DNA of 51,307 nucleotides from Octopus bimaculoides (lineage: Eukaryota), in assembly GCF_001194135.2 (NCBI RefSeq), contig NC_068992.1, positions 46,861,772-46,913,078 of the forward strand, given 5' to 3'. The notes under the pieces are model-generated. The model ran no database searches. It was not told the DNA's origin and saw only the letters and a program-made list of their open reading frames with translations. Within the stretch, counting starts at the first letter, position 1. Each line of letters starts with the position of its first letter. Shown piece after piece: positions 12,356 to 23,409 of this stretch. A program made the translations under genes and the position numbers.

Positions 12356-12692
12356 CCGTTTTTGTGGAACCTGGGTTTTCGAGGTGGTCATTAAACGCTG
12401 CAGTAATTTCGGGAGCTGTACCTTTGTGATCTTTTATAACAATTCGCGTGAGAGTCCGACGGTCTCTATCTGAAAGTTTTGGTTTTCTTCGGGAGTTTTG
12501 TTTCGACGAGGAGGTTTTTTCCTCTTTCTCAAAGCTTTCGAGACAGTACTTGTTGATACACCAACTGTTTCGGCTATTTAGCGCCTGCTATGCGAACACC
12601 AACAATTTGACCTCTTTGGAAGTCCGATAGATCTCTCATTTTAATTATGATGCTATGATGCTAGGTGTTTCCATTATTTTGTCCAACCCCTG
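12356..12692 (-). mobile_element. Tc1-like transposon 5' end: TIR plus frameshifted transposase N-terminus
   Basis: TA-flanked terminus CAGGGGTTGGACAAAATAATGGAAACACC. ATG at 12639 gives MRDLSDFQRGQIVGVRIAGA / AETVGVSTSTVSK / FEKEEKTSSSKQNSRRKPKLSDRDRRTLTRIVIKDHKGTAPEITAAFNDHLENPGSTKTV, a typical paired-like HTH. Confidence 0.88.
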
Positions 12693-13069
12693 TATATATG
12701 AATTAAAAGTTTAGTCAAATAGTATATCGAATAGTATCCAATAAGGATCATGCCGAAACCTTCTTGAAAATTACATAGGAGAAACACTTCGTAGAACTAG
12801 TGAAACATTCGGTGAATACGTACAAATCTGCAATACTGAAAAGAAACATAATTTCACTTCTACCAACGCATATTAGAAAACACAATTTTTCATTCAATAG
12901 AATTAGTGGAGATATCAAAGCTGCACATCCCTAATACAATGAAATAAAAGTTAACTAGTTGGGTTTGCATTCAAGAATATAATCCCATTCACTAACGTAA
13001 TAAAAGTAATTCCAAACAGGATAATGACAATGCGGCACATCCATGAATTGCTCCACATTCACTTCAGTT

Positions 13070-13385
13070 AGTTTTACGGATATACAAATGCATTACGTTT
13101 ATGTGTGTTTATGCGTTTGCGGGTGTCTGTGTCTCCATGCATGTGTACATTAAGTATATATGTGTATGCATATCTATACACAGACACACATATATTGTCT
13201 GATATATGATAGATACGAATACGTTTATGTATATATATGTGTATACATATATATATATATATATATATGTATGTATACACACATATGTACGTACAGATTC
13301 AAACATACATTATATATTTACACACACACACACACACACACACAGGCACACACACAGAGAGGCACGCACACACACGCACACAAAT
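13070..13385. repeat. Degenerate (TA)n/(CA)n microsatellite-rich tract
   Basis: Directly visible. Confidence 0.9.
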
Positions 13386-13836
13386 ATATGCTTATCGGTT
13401 AATACCGGTACATATCGATTCAATTTTATCGATATTATTTTGGTATTTGCATCTTTCAAACCTACGTTTTTCAACTCAAGATTAAAATTAAATTTGATAT
13501 CAAAAATACAATTTCTATAAACTTGTATCAGAAGTGTATATGAAAAATATTTTATATATATAGATACACACTCACACACACATTTAGATATTGAATGTGC
13601 ATATCAGTTAAACGCCTACCATAATATCAAGTGCTAAAAGGTGACGCAACGGTGTACAATGTGTGCCTATGGAAAATATGGAAGGAAAAAAAACAAAGAT
13701 GGAGGAGAAACAACCGTACAAATGTTACACACATCCTACGTATAAATATGTAAATGATTGGAACGAGAAAGTGACTCACGACGACTAGATTCGTGAGTTC
13801 AAACTACAGATGTACATATATATATGTACAATTGTG

Positions 13837-13867
<31 letters not shown>

Positions 13868-14481
13868 CATTATTAATAAATCATAGGGCTTTCTAGCGGG
13901 TTAGATGTCCTACTTTAGTTATCTCTGTATTTAAATGAATAATTTATAGTCTATTGACTAATTTTTATTCTCGCTGGACCACTGGTGGTAAATTAAATTT
14001 CTAAAAATTTTTTGCTGCCCTATGATTTATTAATAATGATAATATATTTTTGGCTAATTTCTGAAGGAAAATCGGCATTTATTTTATATTTACTGCCGAT
14101 AAGTGAAACCGCACTTNNNNNNNNNNNNNNNNNNNNNNNNNNNNNNNNNNNNNNNNNNNNNNNNNNNNNNNNNNNNNNNNNNNNNNNNNNNNNNNNNNNN
14201 NNNNNNNNNNNNNNNNNNNNNNNNNNNNNNNNNNNNNNNNNNNNNNNNNNNNNNNNNNNNNNNNNNNNNNNNNNNNNNNNNNNNNNNNNNNNNNNNNNNN
14301 NNNNNNNNNNNNNNNNNNNNNNNNNNNNNNNNNNNNNNNNNNNNNNNNNNNNNNNNNNNNNNNNNNNNNNNNNNNNNNNNNNNNNNNNNNNNNNNNNNNN
14401 NNNNNNNNNNNNNNNNNNNNNNNNNNNNNNNNNNNNNNNNNNNNNNNNNNNNNNNNNNNNNNNNNNNNNNNNNNNNNNNNN

Positions 14482-14535
<54 letters not shown>

Positions 14536-15251
14536 GCACACACAAACATACACAGACATGCACACATTCATACATGTACATATATGTTTGTATGTGTAAG
14601 TGTGTGTGGTGTAAAGTGAATAACTGTAAAAAGTCCGAGGTCAAACAACTGCAGTTGAACTGTCCAGTGACCTGCTTGTACCAGAACAACTAACAACGAA
14701 GATATTAGCAATTTCAACTATAATTATTTGTAAAATTTAATGCTACTATTCCATAAACTTTACACGAATTTAAATCCGAAACAAGGAATGCTGTTTTTGT
14801 GCATTGTTCTTCGTAGGAGATTAATAATAACAACAGCAACACATCCTGTGTTGGGAACATAAGGTCACAACTAGATGTTTAATTAACTCTTTCTATTGAA
14901 ATTTAGCGTGAAATTACAATCTGTGATAAATGTGGAAGTCCCTCAATTGTTTGTAATGCACTCGAATATATTTGCTTGGTTCTACATTAAAATGACTTAT
15001 AAGGGATTGCCAAAGTTAGGCGTTATAAATGGTAAAGATAAGCGATTCTGTATAAAGTTATGCAGATACACAAAGGAGTTAGAAATACGCGTATTAAACA
15101 TGGGAATCAGTCACCTAATAGGTACTTATTCATATATGTACATATATTTGTGTGTGTGAATATATATATATATATANNNNNNNNNNNNNNNNNNNNNNNN
15201 NNNNNNNNNNNNNNNNNNNNNNNNNNNNNNNNNNNNNNNNNNNNNNNNNNN

Positions 15252-15316
<65 letters not shown>

Positions 15317-15993
15317 TATATATATATGAAATTAGTTTATAATACCTATATCAGAACAGAAGCATACATACATAACTATATATCTTGCTCGCTTAGTTAG
15401 GCGGGTGGCATTATTCGAAAGGTAAATGATGCAAAGCGCATTGTGACCAGCGATGTTTAACGACAACCAACAATCTGGTCGATCACCTGATACACGAACA
15501 CATTATGTTAACATCATTCGTATTTCATCATCAACTATAATATCGAGTTTGCATGTTAAATTTTGAAATAACCTTCATTACTTCCCTGCTTACGTGAAAG
15601 ATTTACTCTCTTTTCAAGATTGTTGCTTAAAAACTGAAAGAACATCTATGTAGGATTTCCTCTGTGAATTTTCCCATAGAAGGAACTACTTTCTAACAAA
15701 GAAATAAAGCTAATTTCTGGAAGTGAGATAACAGCACTGGTGAAAAGTTTCATTTCGAATTGAAGAGAAAATAGTGTAAATTTTTACGGTTTCGCTCTCG
15801 AAGTGAATTTGGAAAAGGAAGGATGATTCCTCATTTGTATTTTAAAAGAGATATCGTGGTTGTTCTACAAAAAATATTCTCATTGTCACGGTATCTGAAA
15901 TAAATACTCATAACTGCACACTTCAGCAAAATAGAACTGGCCTCTCAAACAGTACTTAATGCTTGAGTATGTATTTACGCAATGTAGATATGA

Positions 15994-16154
15994 GCGCAGG
16001 CGTGGCTGTGTGATAAGTAGCTTGCTTACCAACCACATGGTTCCGGGTTCAGGCCTACTGCGTGGACCCTTACGCAAGTGTATTCTGTTATAGCTTCGGG
16101 CCGGTCAAAGCCTTGTGATGGATTTGGTAGAAGGAAACTGAGAGAAGCTCGTAG

Positions 16155-16225
<71 letters not shown>

Positions 16226-16320
16226 NNNNNNNNNNNNNNNNNNNNNNNNNNNNNNNNNNNNNNNNNNNNNNNNNNNNNNNNNNNNNNNNNNNNNNNNNNN
16301 NNNNNNNNNNNNNNNNNNNN

Positions 16321-16380
<60 letters not shown>

Positions 16381-16460
16381 CGTATGCTTGTATGTCTCTA
16401 TTTACCCCTTACCCCGTGTGTGTGTGTGTGTGTCTAAGCGTTAATACTTCTTGACAACCG
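15994..16460 (+). mobile_element. tRNA-derived SINE: head, internal (TA)n(TG)n microsatellite with gap, and start of 3' half
   Basis: A-box-like TGGCTGTGTGATA and B-box-like GGTTCAGGCC. Homologous to the reverse strand of 43070-43242. CTTGACAACCG at 16450 matches the 3'-half start at 12321. Confidence 0.8.
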
Positions 16461-16793
16461 TCCTTTAAGCTACGTATTCCTCACATTCAGTTTTCTTCCA
16501 CGACGTTTCAAATGTTACATATATGTATATATATTCCTGTGTATGTGAATGTGTGTGTGTATGTATGCATGTATTTATGTATTTACGTATGTATGTAGCG
16601 TCCATTGTAATATATTTTCATCTTTCATGAAGTCACGCCCACTGCTTGGAAATCTCCAAATTTAGATTCCGTAATTTAACGTCTAGTTTATCCCGCTCAT
16701 TCAAGTTACAGTATACCTCAGCCCACACCTCACACATTCAGTAGCATATCACAGCCAAAATAGCCCAACGATTGTCTAGTTTCATAAGTTACA

Positions 16794-16828
<35 letters not shown>

Positions 16829-17214
16829 TGTATGTACATGTATGCACACAACTACATACATGCATGCATTCATACATACATACATATATACATACGTACA
16901 ATCGTGCTTATTGGTATTTTAAAATAAACATTCTCTGTCAACATATCAAGTGGTGGACGTGAATCAAATCGCTATCGTAATAACCTTGATCAAATTCATG
17001 AACATATTAGTGATGATGATGATGATGATTATGTCTATGATATTCATCGTATATATGCATGTTCGGCTGAGTGCATGTCTGTGTGCGTCTGTATATAATT
17101 AATTATACATGAATTCATATGCACAGAAACACAGACACACATATATCTATTTATGTGTAATTACATACATATATATACACATATATAGATGTGTGTGTAT
17201 CTATCTATATCTAT

Positions 17215-17263
17215 ATATATATATATATAGGAATATATATTCTTATATCTATACACAAGCATG

Positions 17264-17345
<82 letters not shown>
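17215..17345. repeat. (TA)n microsatellite
   Basis: Directly visible. Confidence 0.95.
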
Positions 17346-17346
<1 letters not shown>

Positions 17347-18179
17347 GTGTGTGCGTATCTTAATATTAATCGAATAGCGAATTTGATTTACTAAATATTA
17401 AACTACATTGATTGAGCGATGAAACTTTGAACTTAAAGCCTAACTTTAAAAAAATGGATATAAATATCAAGGAACAAAGCCACACATAGAAAAGTAAAAC
17501 AAAGCATACAAAACGCAGAACAATATAATCTAGAACATTCAAGGAAATTCCTTATATATCAATGCGATATTTTCTACTTGCGTAAACACAATTCCAATAT
17601 TTCTCACTTCATGCATGAAATTCATTTTGTGTTTTGGAGAAAAAAAAAAAAAATTATATGAAAATATATTCCGATCATCTTATTTTTATTTCCTCTTATG
17701 TTTGCTCTTGTTGTTCAAACTAGGTTCCTAAGAGTTTTCTTTGATTTCATACGATCTCAATTTTGTTTTTATGGCTTTTAATGTTTTTTTTAATATTTAA
17801 ATTTATATATGCTTACGATGTATTTTTCTTCATCTGTATTTCAACTTATTTCCTATTATTACGCCAGCCTGCCTCAGAACACACACATTTTTATACATTA
17901 AATATTTTATTCCATAAACACATTTCTACTTCGAACTAGCAAAAACACACAAAAAGACAAAGAGAGAAATAAATAAAAAGGAAAATGGAAAAAGAAACAA
18001 AATGTAACAGGAAATCGTCATCAGCATCACCACCATGTTTCAATAAAATGAAACATGAAACCAAAAAAAAAAAGACACATTAAAACAAAGATATTGAATG
18101 AAAAATAAAAAAAAAAATCGATCAAAAATTTCTAATACGGATGTTTATGTTTCTTTGTTTTGCTTCTTATTTTTCATTG

Positions 18180-18369
18180 TAACGTTTGTTTTGACTTAAT
18201 AATAATCATAATAATAATAAAAATAAAAATAATAATGATAATAATAATAATAATAATAATAGTAGTAGTAGTAGTAGTAACAACAACAAAAGGTGTTAGT
18301 GCTACCATCGTGAATATTGTGATTATGATTAAAGTTGTCACTGCTTTGCTGTTATTATAATTATTATCA

Positions 18370-18425
<56 letters not shown>

Positions 18426-18500
18426 GTTGTTGTTGTTGTTGTTGTTGCTGTTGTTGTTGTTGTTGTTGCTATTATTATTATCATTATTATTATTACTATC
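18180..18500. repeat. (TAA)n/(TAG)n/(TTA)n/(TTG)n compound arrays adjoining a LINE 3' end
   Basis: Directly visible. Confidence 0.9.
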
Positions 18501-19300
18501 ATCATTCTGTTGGTATTAATATTGTTGTTGTTTCCCGTTTCACTTGTTCGGAGTGTGTCCGGCTTAATTATGCACCCCCATCTCATTACACCGACTACAA
18601 CACGTGGTCTAGGATAAGAAATACTTAGTGCCATCTGGTGAGATTTTTGTTTTTTTTCATGCCCTTCCATTGTGCTTTTATTTTATGTTGAGGATATTTC
18701 AAATATTCTTGCTAAAACCAGGAAACCTGCTTTCTGCATCCATTTCCATTTCATGCAGTTTTTTATTTTAATTTTTTTATTCTGATTTTTTCTCAGATTT
18801 TTTCTCACTGTTCCAAAGACTCCAATAATAATCAACAGTATAATGGTGTTCTTGACTTCTCTGTTCCAGCATCTGAGTATTTCATACTTCACCTCGTTAT
18901 AATATTCTACTCATTCTTTCTCTTTTTCTTTTACTTTGGTGTTATATATGCATACCAAGTCATTTACATTTCAGTTTTCTTCTTGTCGAAAACTACAATA
19001 TACGGTCTTTCGCGTTTTATTCCTTTTTCGGTTAGAATAAGAAAAACCTATTACGCTTTAGCATTTTGATGCTTTGCATTTCTTTTCTCACAAAATGTTA
19101 ATTGATCTTTTCCGTGGAGTCAAACCAAATTTCCTGCGGAAATTTTTAGTGTATTGCAGCCTCCATTTTATCAGTTTAAGCAAATTGCAGACATATATAC
19201 GTATAAACTTGAGCTGGAGAATACTCCAATATTCTAGCTCGATACTCTAGGTTTATCTTATGGCGATTTTTATCCAATTTACCCATAGTACATTTTTCTG
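18500..19300 (-). mobile_element. 5'-truncated, decayed R4/Dong-like non-LTR retrotransposon (REL endonuclease C-terminus plus 3' UTR)
   Basis: Translates in order as DKMEAAIH*K..RRKFGL (HDxxAxxIHW-like), ERPYIVVFDKK (RPD motif), KEKEKE*VEYYNEVKYEILRCWN, IIIGVFGTVRKNL, MQKAGFLVLARIFE. This matches the conserved REL-domain C-terminus. The 3' end runs into a TAA-rich array. Confidence 0.7.
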
Positions 19301-19736
19301 AGTTGGCAAAATTATTCGTCGGTGTTCTTCAGTACTCCTTCGTTTCAGCTGCCTTTGTCATCACTTTTTCTTTTCAGATTTTTGGTTTTGAAAAAATACT
19401 GACTGAAGCTTCCTTCCTTCAAGGGAGTGCTGATTCACAAGGAAAGTTATAAAATGTTGAAAGAACTGTTTGAAGTTGATGTGAACCATCTGGGGGAAAA
19501 AAATTGAATTTGAAGAACTACCAAAAGTAGTTAAATACGAGAAGTTAATACCTTTAATGAATGGTAATAGAGGAGTCCTTTAAAAAGGAAAGAAAAAATA
19601 AAAGAGGAAAGAAAAAAGAAGGAAAAAAGAAGGAAATAGACATTTAAAAAAATGGGAAAATAGATGCAAAAATAAAAAAGAAAGCTGTCAAAAATTGTAT
19701 AAATGAACAGTTGAATGGTACTGCTTGAGACTGAGG

Positions 19737-21130
19737 CTCAATACAGCCACTTCATCATCATCGATTTCTTTATACTTTTTTTCATTTTCATTCTTTTTTA
19801 GGTTTTTTTGTCCCCACTATGGTGTTCTGTCTGTCCTTGTGTTGTCCCATCTATGTTAATACCTGGCTTCCAGATAAAGAAAAGGAGAGTGGGTCTCAAT
19901 GAAGCCATTTCATCATCATTTATCGGTGTGAGCGGTCGTGTTTCTACTTTGTTGCGTTTTGTCTTTGTGCGAAACCACCATTGTTTGGCAGTAGTGAATA
20001 ATTGTGACGAATTACAAATTATACAGAAGGAACTGGAAGTGGAAGTCGAGTACCCGTTGACCCGAGCTTATTGAAACAGGAGATGTTGTAGTGCAATAGA
20101 GAGCTGATAGTGAAATACAGTAATATGATAGAGAAGGAGCGGTCAAATATACAACTGGCCATGCCAGAGGAGGAAGAAGTGAAGATGACTCAGAATCACA
20201 GAAACCTAAAAATACAGACACACAGACGAAACATGCAGATTTACAGTCACACAAACACACAAACAAACAGTCACAGAAAAGCATAGACAGACAATCACAG
20301 GATAGCGTAGAATTACAGAAACAGAAAAGCATAGAGTCACAGTCACAAAATACAAACATACAAGACACACACAGACGTAAGGTTTATCTAGTGAAATATA
20401 GGACAACCTAGAAGTTAGAGACAAGAATTTCAAAATTGAAAGACATTGTAAAAATGAATTTAGAAGAAGGTTACGACAGGAGTATGAGGTGTATCATAAT
20501 GGATGATGGAAATTATAGTGCTTTGAAGGAAGTCTTTCTTTCGAACGTAAATCCAATGGGGCCGGAGGTGGATACTGAACCTCGCGCCTCGGTGGTGGAT
20601 TACGTTGACATAAAAGAGAAGATAAAGTGGTAAGTTATGATTTGTTTTAAAGACTGTAAAAAGACTCGTAAAAACCTTTTGGTTAAACGTTTTGTTTAAC
20701 AAAAAGGAAATCCCGCCCGTAACCATCTCGGTTGAATGAACTTTGATAAAAAACATTTTCGTTAAAATATAAGGTTAAAACGAAAAAGGAAGTCATAGTT
20801 TCATCTGGGAGCGGGGCCAAGATGGCCGTCTCATTTTCATTGTGATTAATTTCATTTTGCATTCATCAGTTCATGTGTCTTTTTATCCCCGATGGTCTGT
20901 GTATGTCCCCTCTGTTTGGGTCTTATGCCCAGAATAAAGAAATAATTTCTTCATCATCGATTTTATTATACATTTTTTTTTCATTTTTTATTCGTTTTAT
21001 GTTTATTGTCCCTACTGTGGTGTTCTTTCTACCTTTGTGTTGTCTCCTCTATGTTAAGGCCTGGTTGCCAAATATAGAAGAGTAGAGTCGGTGAGCTGTG
21101 TAAAGCCGAGGGTTGCGTATTGTTGAATCT
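19737..21130 (+). mobile_element. Unclassified direct-repeat-bounded element with decayed internal ORF and LINE-like tails
   Basis: 19751-19890 and 20946-21088 are ~75% identical direct repeats. Internal stop-broken frames include ELIVKYSNMIEKERSNIQLAMPEEEEVK and the ORF 20436-20633. Confidence 0.55.
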
Positions 21131-22982
21131 AATTACAAGTATTGTGTATCTTGAGTAGAGCAATTTGTGATGACGTTATTTATTATCCCGTTATATCGTT
21201 CGTCGAACCTGCGATACAACAATATGCATACTTATAGCTTCTCTGGTTGCACGCCAAACGTAAGGGAAATTCTGGTAAATAATAATCCTTAAAGACGAAC
21301 CGATGTTCCATTAAAGATGGTTGTGTTTATTAAAGTGAAAAAGCGAAAGACTAGGTGAGCAATGAAAATTTGAAATTTATCCTTATAATTTGGATGCCAA
21401 AATGTAAAATGTTTAGTAGTATGAGATGATAAGTTGCAACGATTAACTACCAGTTATATTTGACACGCGAGATTTTATTCCAGCTAACTACAATAGACGC
21501 AAAAAGATGTGACGATGATGGCGGATTTAGACTATTTGTCGAATGTTTTATATATATATATATATNNNNNNNNNNNNNNNNNNNNNNNNNNNNNNNNNNN
21601 NNNNNNNNNNNNNNNNNNNNNNNNNNNNNNNNNNNNNNNNNNNNNNNNNNNNNNNNNNNNNNNNNNNNNNNNNNNNNNNNNNNNNNNNNNNNNNNNNNNN
21701 NNNNNNNNNNNNNNNNNNNNNNNNNNNNNNNNNNNNNNNNNNNNNNNNNNNNNNNNNNNNNNNNNNNNNNNNNNNNNNNNNNNNNNNNNNNNNNNNNNNN
21801 NNNNNNNNNNNNNNNNNNNNNNNNNNNNNNNNNNNNNNNNNNNNNNNNNNNNNNNNNNNNNNNNNNNNNNNNNNNNNNNNNNNNNNNNNNNNNNNNNNNN
21901 NNNNNNNNNNNNNNNNNNNNNNNNNNNNNNNNNNNNNNNNNNNNNNNNNNNNNNNNNNNNNNNNNNNNNNNNNNNNNNNNNNNNNNNNNNNNNNNNNNNN
22001 NNNNNNNNNNNNNNNNNNNNNNNNNNNNNNNNNNNNNNNNNNNNNNNNNNNNNNNNNNNNNNNNNNNNNNNNNNNNNNNNNNNNNNNNNNNNNNNNNNNN
22101 NNNNNNNNNNNNATATATGTAAAAGTGCGGAAGAAAAAATGTCGCTGCATATCTTTCACTTGATAAAAGACACAATTTCTGGAACAATAGAATTCTCTGT
22201 AGAACCCAGCACAGGACATCTCATTAACACGACCTAACTTACATGAATAAAAGCCTAATGAACGCTCAATAGCCTGATTAGAAATATGGTAAGAAAGAGT
22301 AGTTCTTTACCTACAGTTTTTGTTTTGGTTTTCTTCTTACTTGCTAGGATCGCTTTACATTCGATTATGTTTTTTAGCGTACATTTTTCATTTAATATTT
22401 TTACACACGAAAGTTCCCTGTCTTCTAGAAGTCTACATCTGCCATAATGGTTAATAGTTTTTAATATTCCACTGTAAAAGCCAAAACACAAAAGAAAAAA
22501 ATGACTACTTCGATTATTGAGAGAACGTAATATTAAGGAGTACGAGAAATGCCTATGTATGTTGTATGTGTGTACAAGTAGGTATTGAAGATCATTAAAT
22601 CATTAAGCATAAAGCTAAATTCTTTATGATGAGGCAGTTAAAAACTACCGCTGAGACTGGCTGCCTGCGTTAATAATATAAAGATACCTCAAAGTGATAT
22701 ATTTCAACTCTACGTACTCATTTCAGTCATACTTGCATAAATGCAGAACACAGTATAATACACAAATGTACACTTCGGTACAAGTACACACACACACACA
22801 CACGCACATACATTCTTAGTGTGCACACCAATCTGTCTGTAAATCCATTTATCTCTCTCCCTTTCTCCCACTCCACTCTCTTTCCTTCTCTCTTTCTGCA
22901 TGTATATATATATATATATATATNNNNNNNNNNTTTATCGTGCAGTTACTGTTAATACTTCATTTAGAGAATTAACATTGCT

Positions 22983-23014
<32 letters not shown>

Positions 23015-23034
23015 ACGATAACGTAGTTCTCAGA

Positions 23035-23217
23035 GAGATTTAGCGTGATACAAACTGTGATAAGACTGACCCATTGAATTACAGGTAGAACTGATTTTTG
23101 CCAGCTGAGTGGTCTAGAGTCACACGAAATATGTTGTGTTCCCCAAGGACACCACTCGAATTCAGGACCTAGTGATCGTTAACCAAATATTTTAAACACT
23201 CAGCCCAGCACCTTCAC
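23035..23217 (-). mobile_element. Degenerate tRNA-derived SINE (second family)
   Basis: Reverse strand begins GTGAAGGTGCTGGGCTGAGTG (A-box-like) ... GAATTCGAGT (B-box-like). CTGTGATAAGACTG resembles GTGTGACAAGGCTG at 33810. Confidence 0.45.
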
Positions 23218-23259
23218 CTTCCCACACACAACAACCTCACACACACTCACATATAAATA

Positions 23260-23290
23260 CAGTACTGTACAAAAGTCGTGGGCCACTTTG
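23260..23290 (+). mobile_element. Isolated Tc1-type TIR-like end
   Basis: TA|CAGTACTGTACAAAAGT matches the Tc1-family TA|CAGTNNTGTGCAAAAGT terminus pattern. No partner TIR found. Confidence 0.35.
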
Positions 23291-23356
23291 AACTATTGTT
23301 AATTTGTACCAATTGCCAACTTATATGTAGTTGTTTCGCATTGTTTTTTTTTACAG

Positions 23357-23409
23357 ATGAAACATCGGCCCTGCTGACTATAAAGTACCGAAACGATCCA
23401 CTCTACTTG
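23357..23409 (+). CDS. Candidate small exon (x)ETSALLTIKYRNDPLYL
   Basis: Acceptor TTGTTTTTTTTTACAG and donor TTG|GTAACT; one open frame. May lie inside a TE relic. Confidence 0.2.

Noticed and set aside
18500-18900. Good-looking splice sites and open frames on both strands
   Set aside because: Better explained as the 3' UTR and C-terminus of the R4/Dong-like LINE.
11150-20100. Repeated Trp>stop (TGG>TGA/TAG/TAA) changes in TE relics, suggesting deaminase hypermutation
   Set aside because: Seen in a DNA transposon as well as retroelements, few events, and compatible with ordinary AT-biased decay.
22243-22463. Two minus-strand exon candidates with good splice sites
   Set aside because: Joining them produces an immediate stop (AGC TAT TGA); peptides unrecognised.
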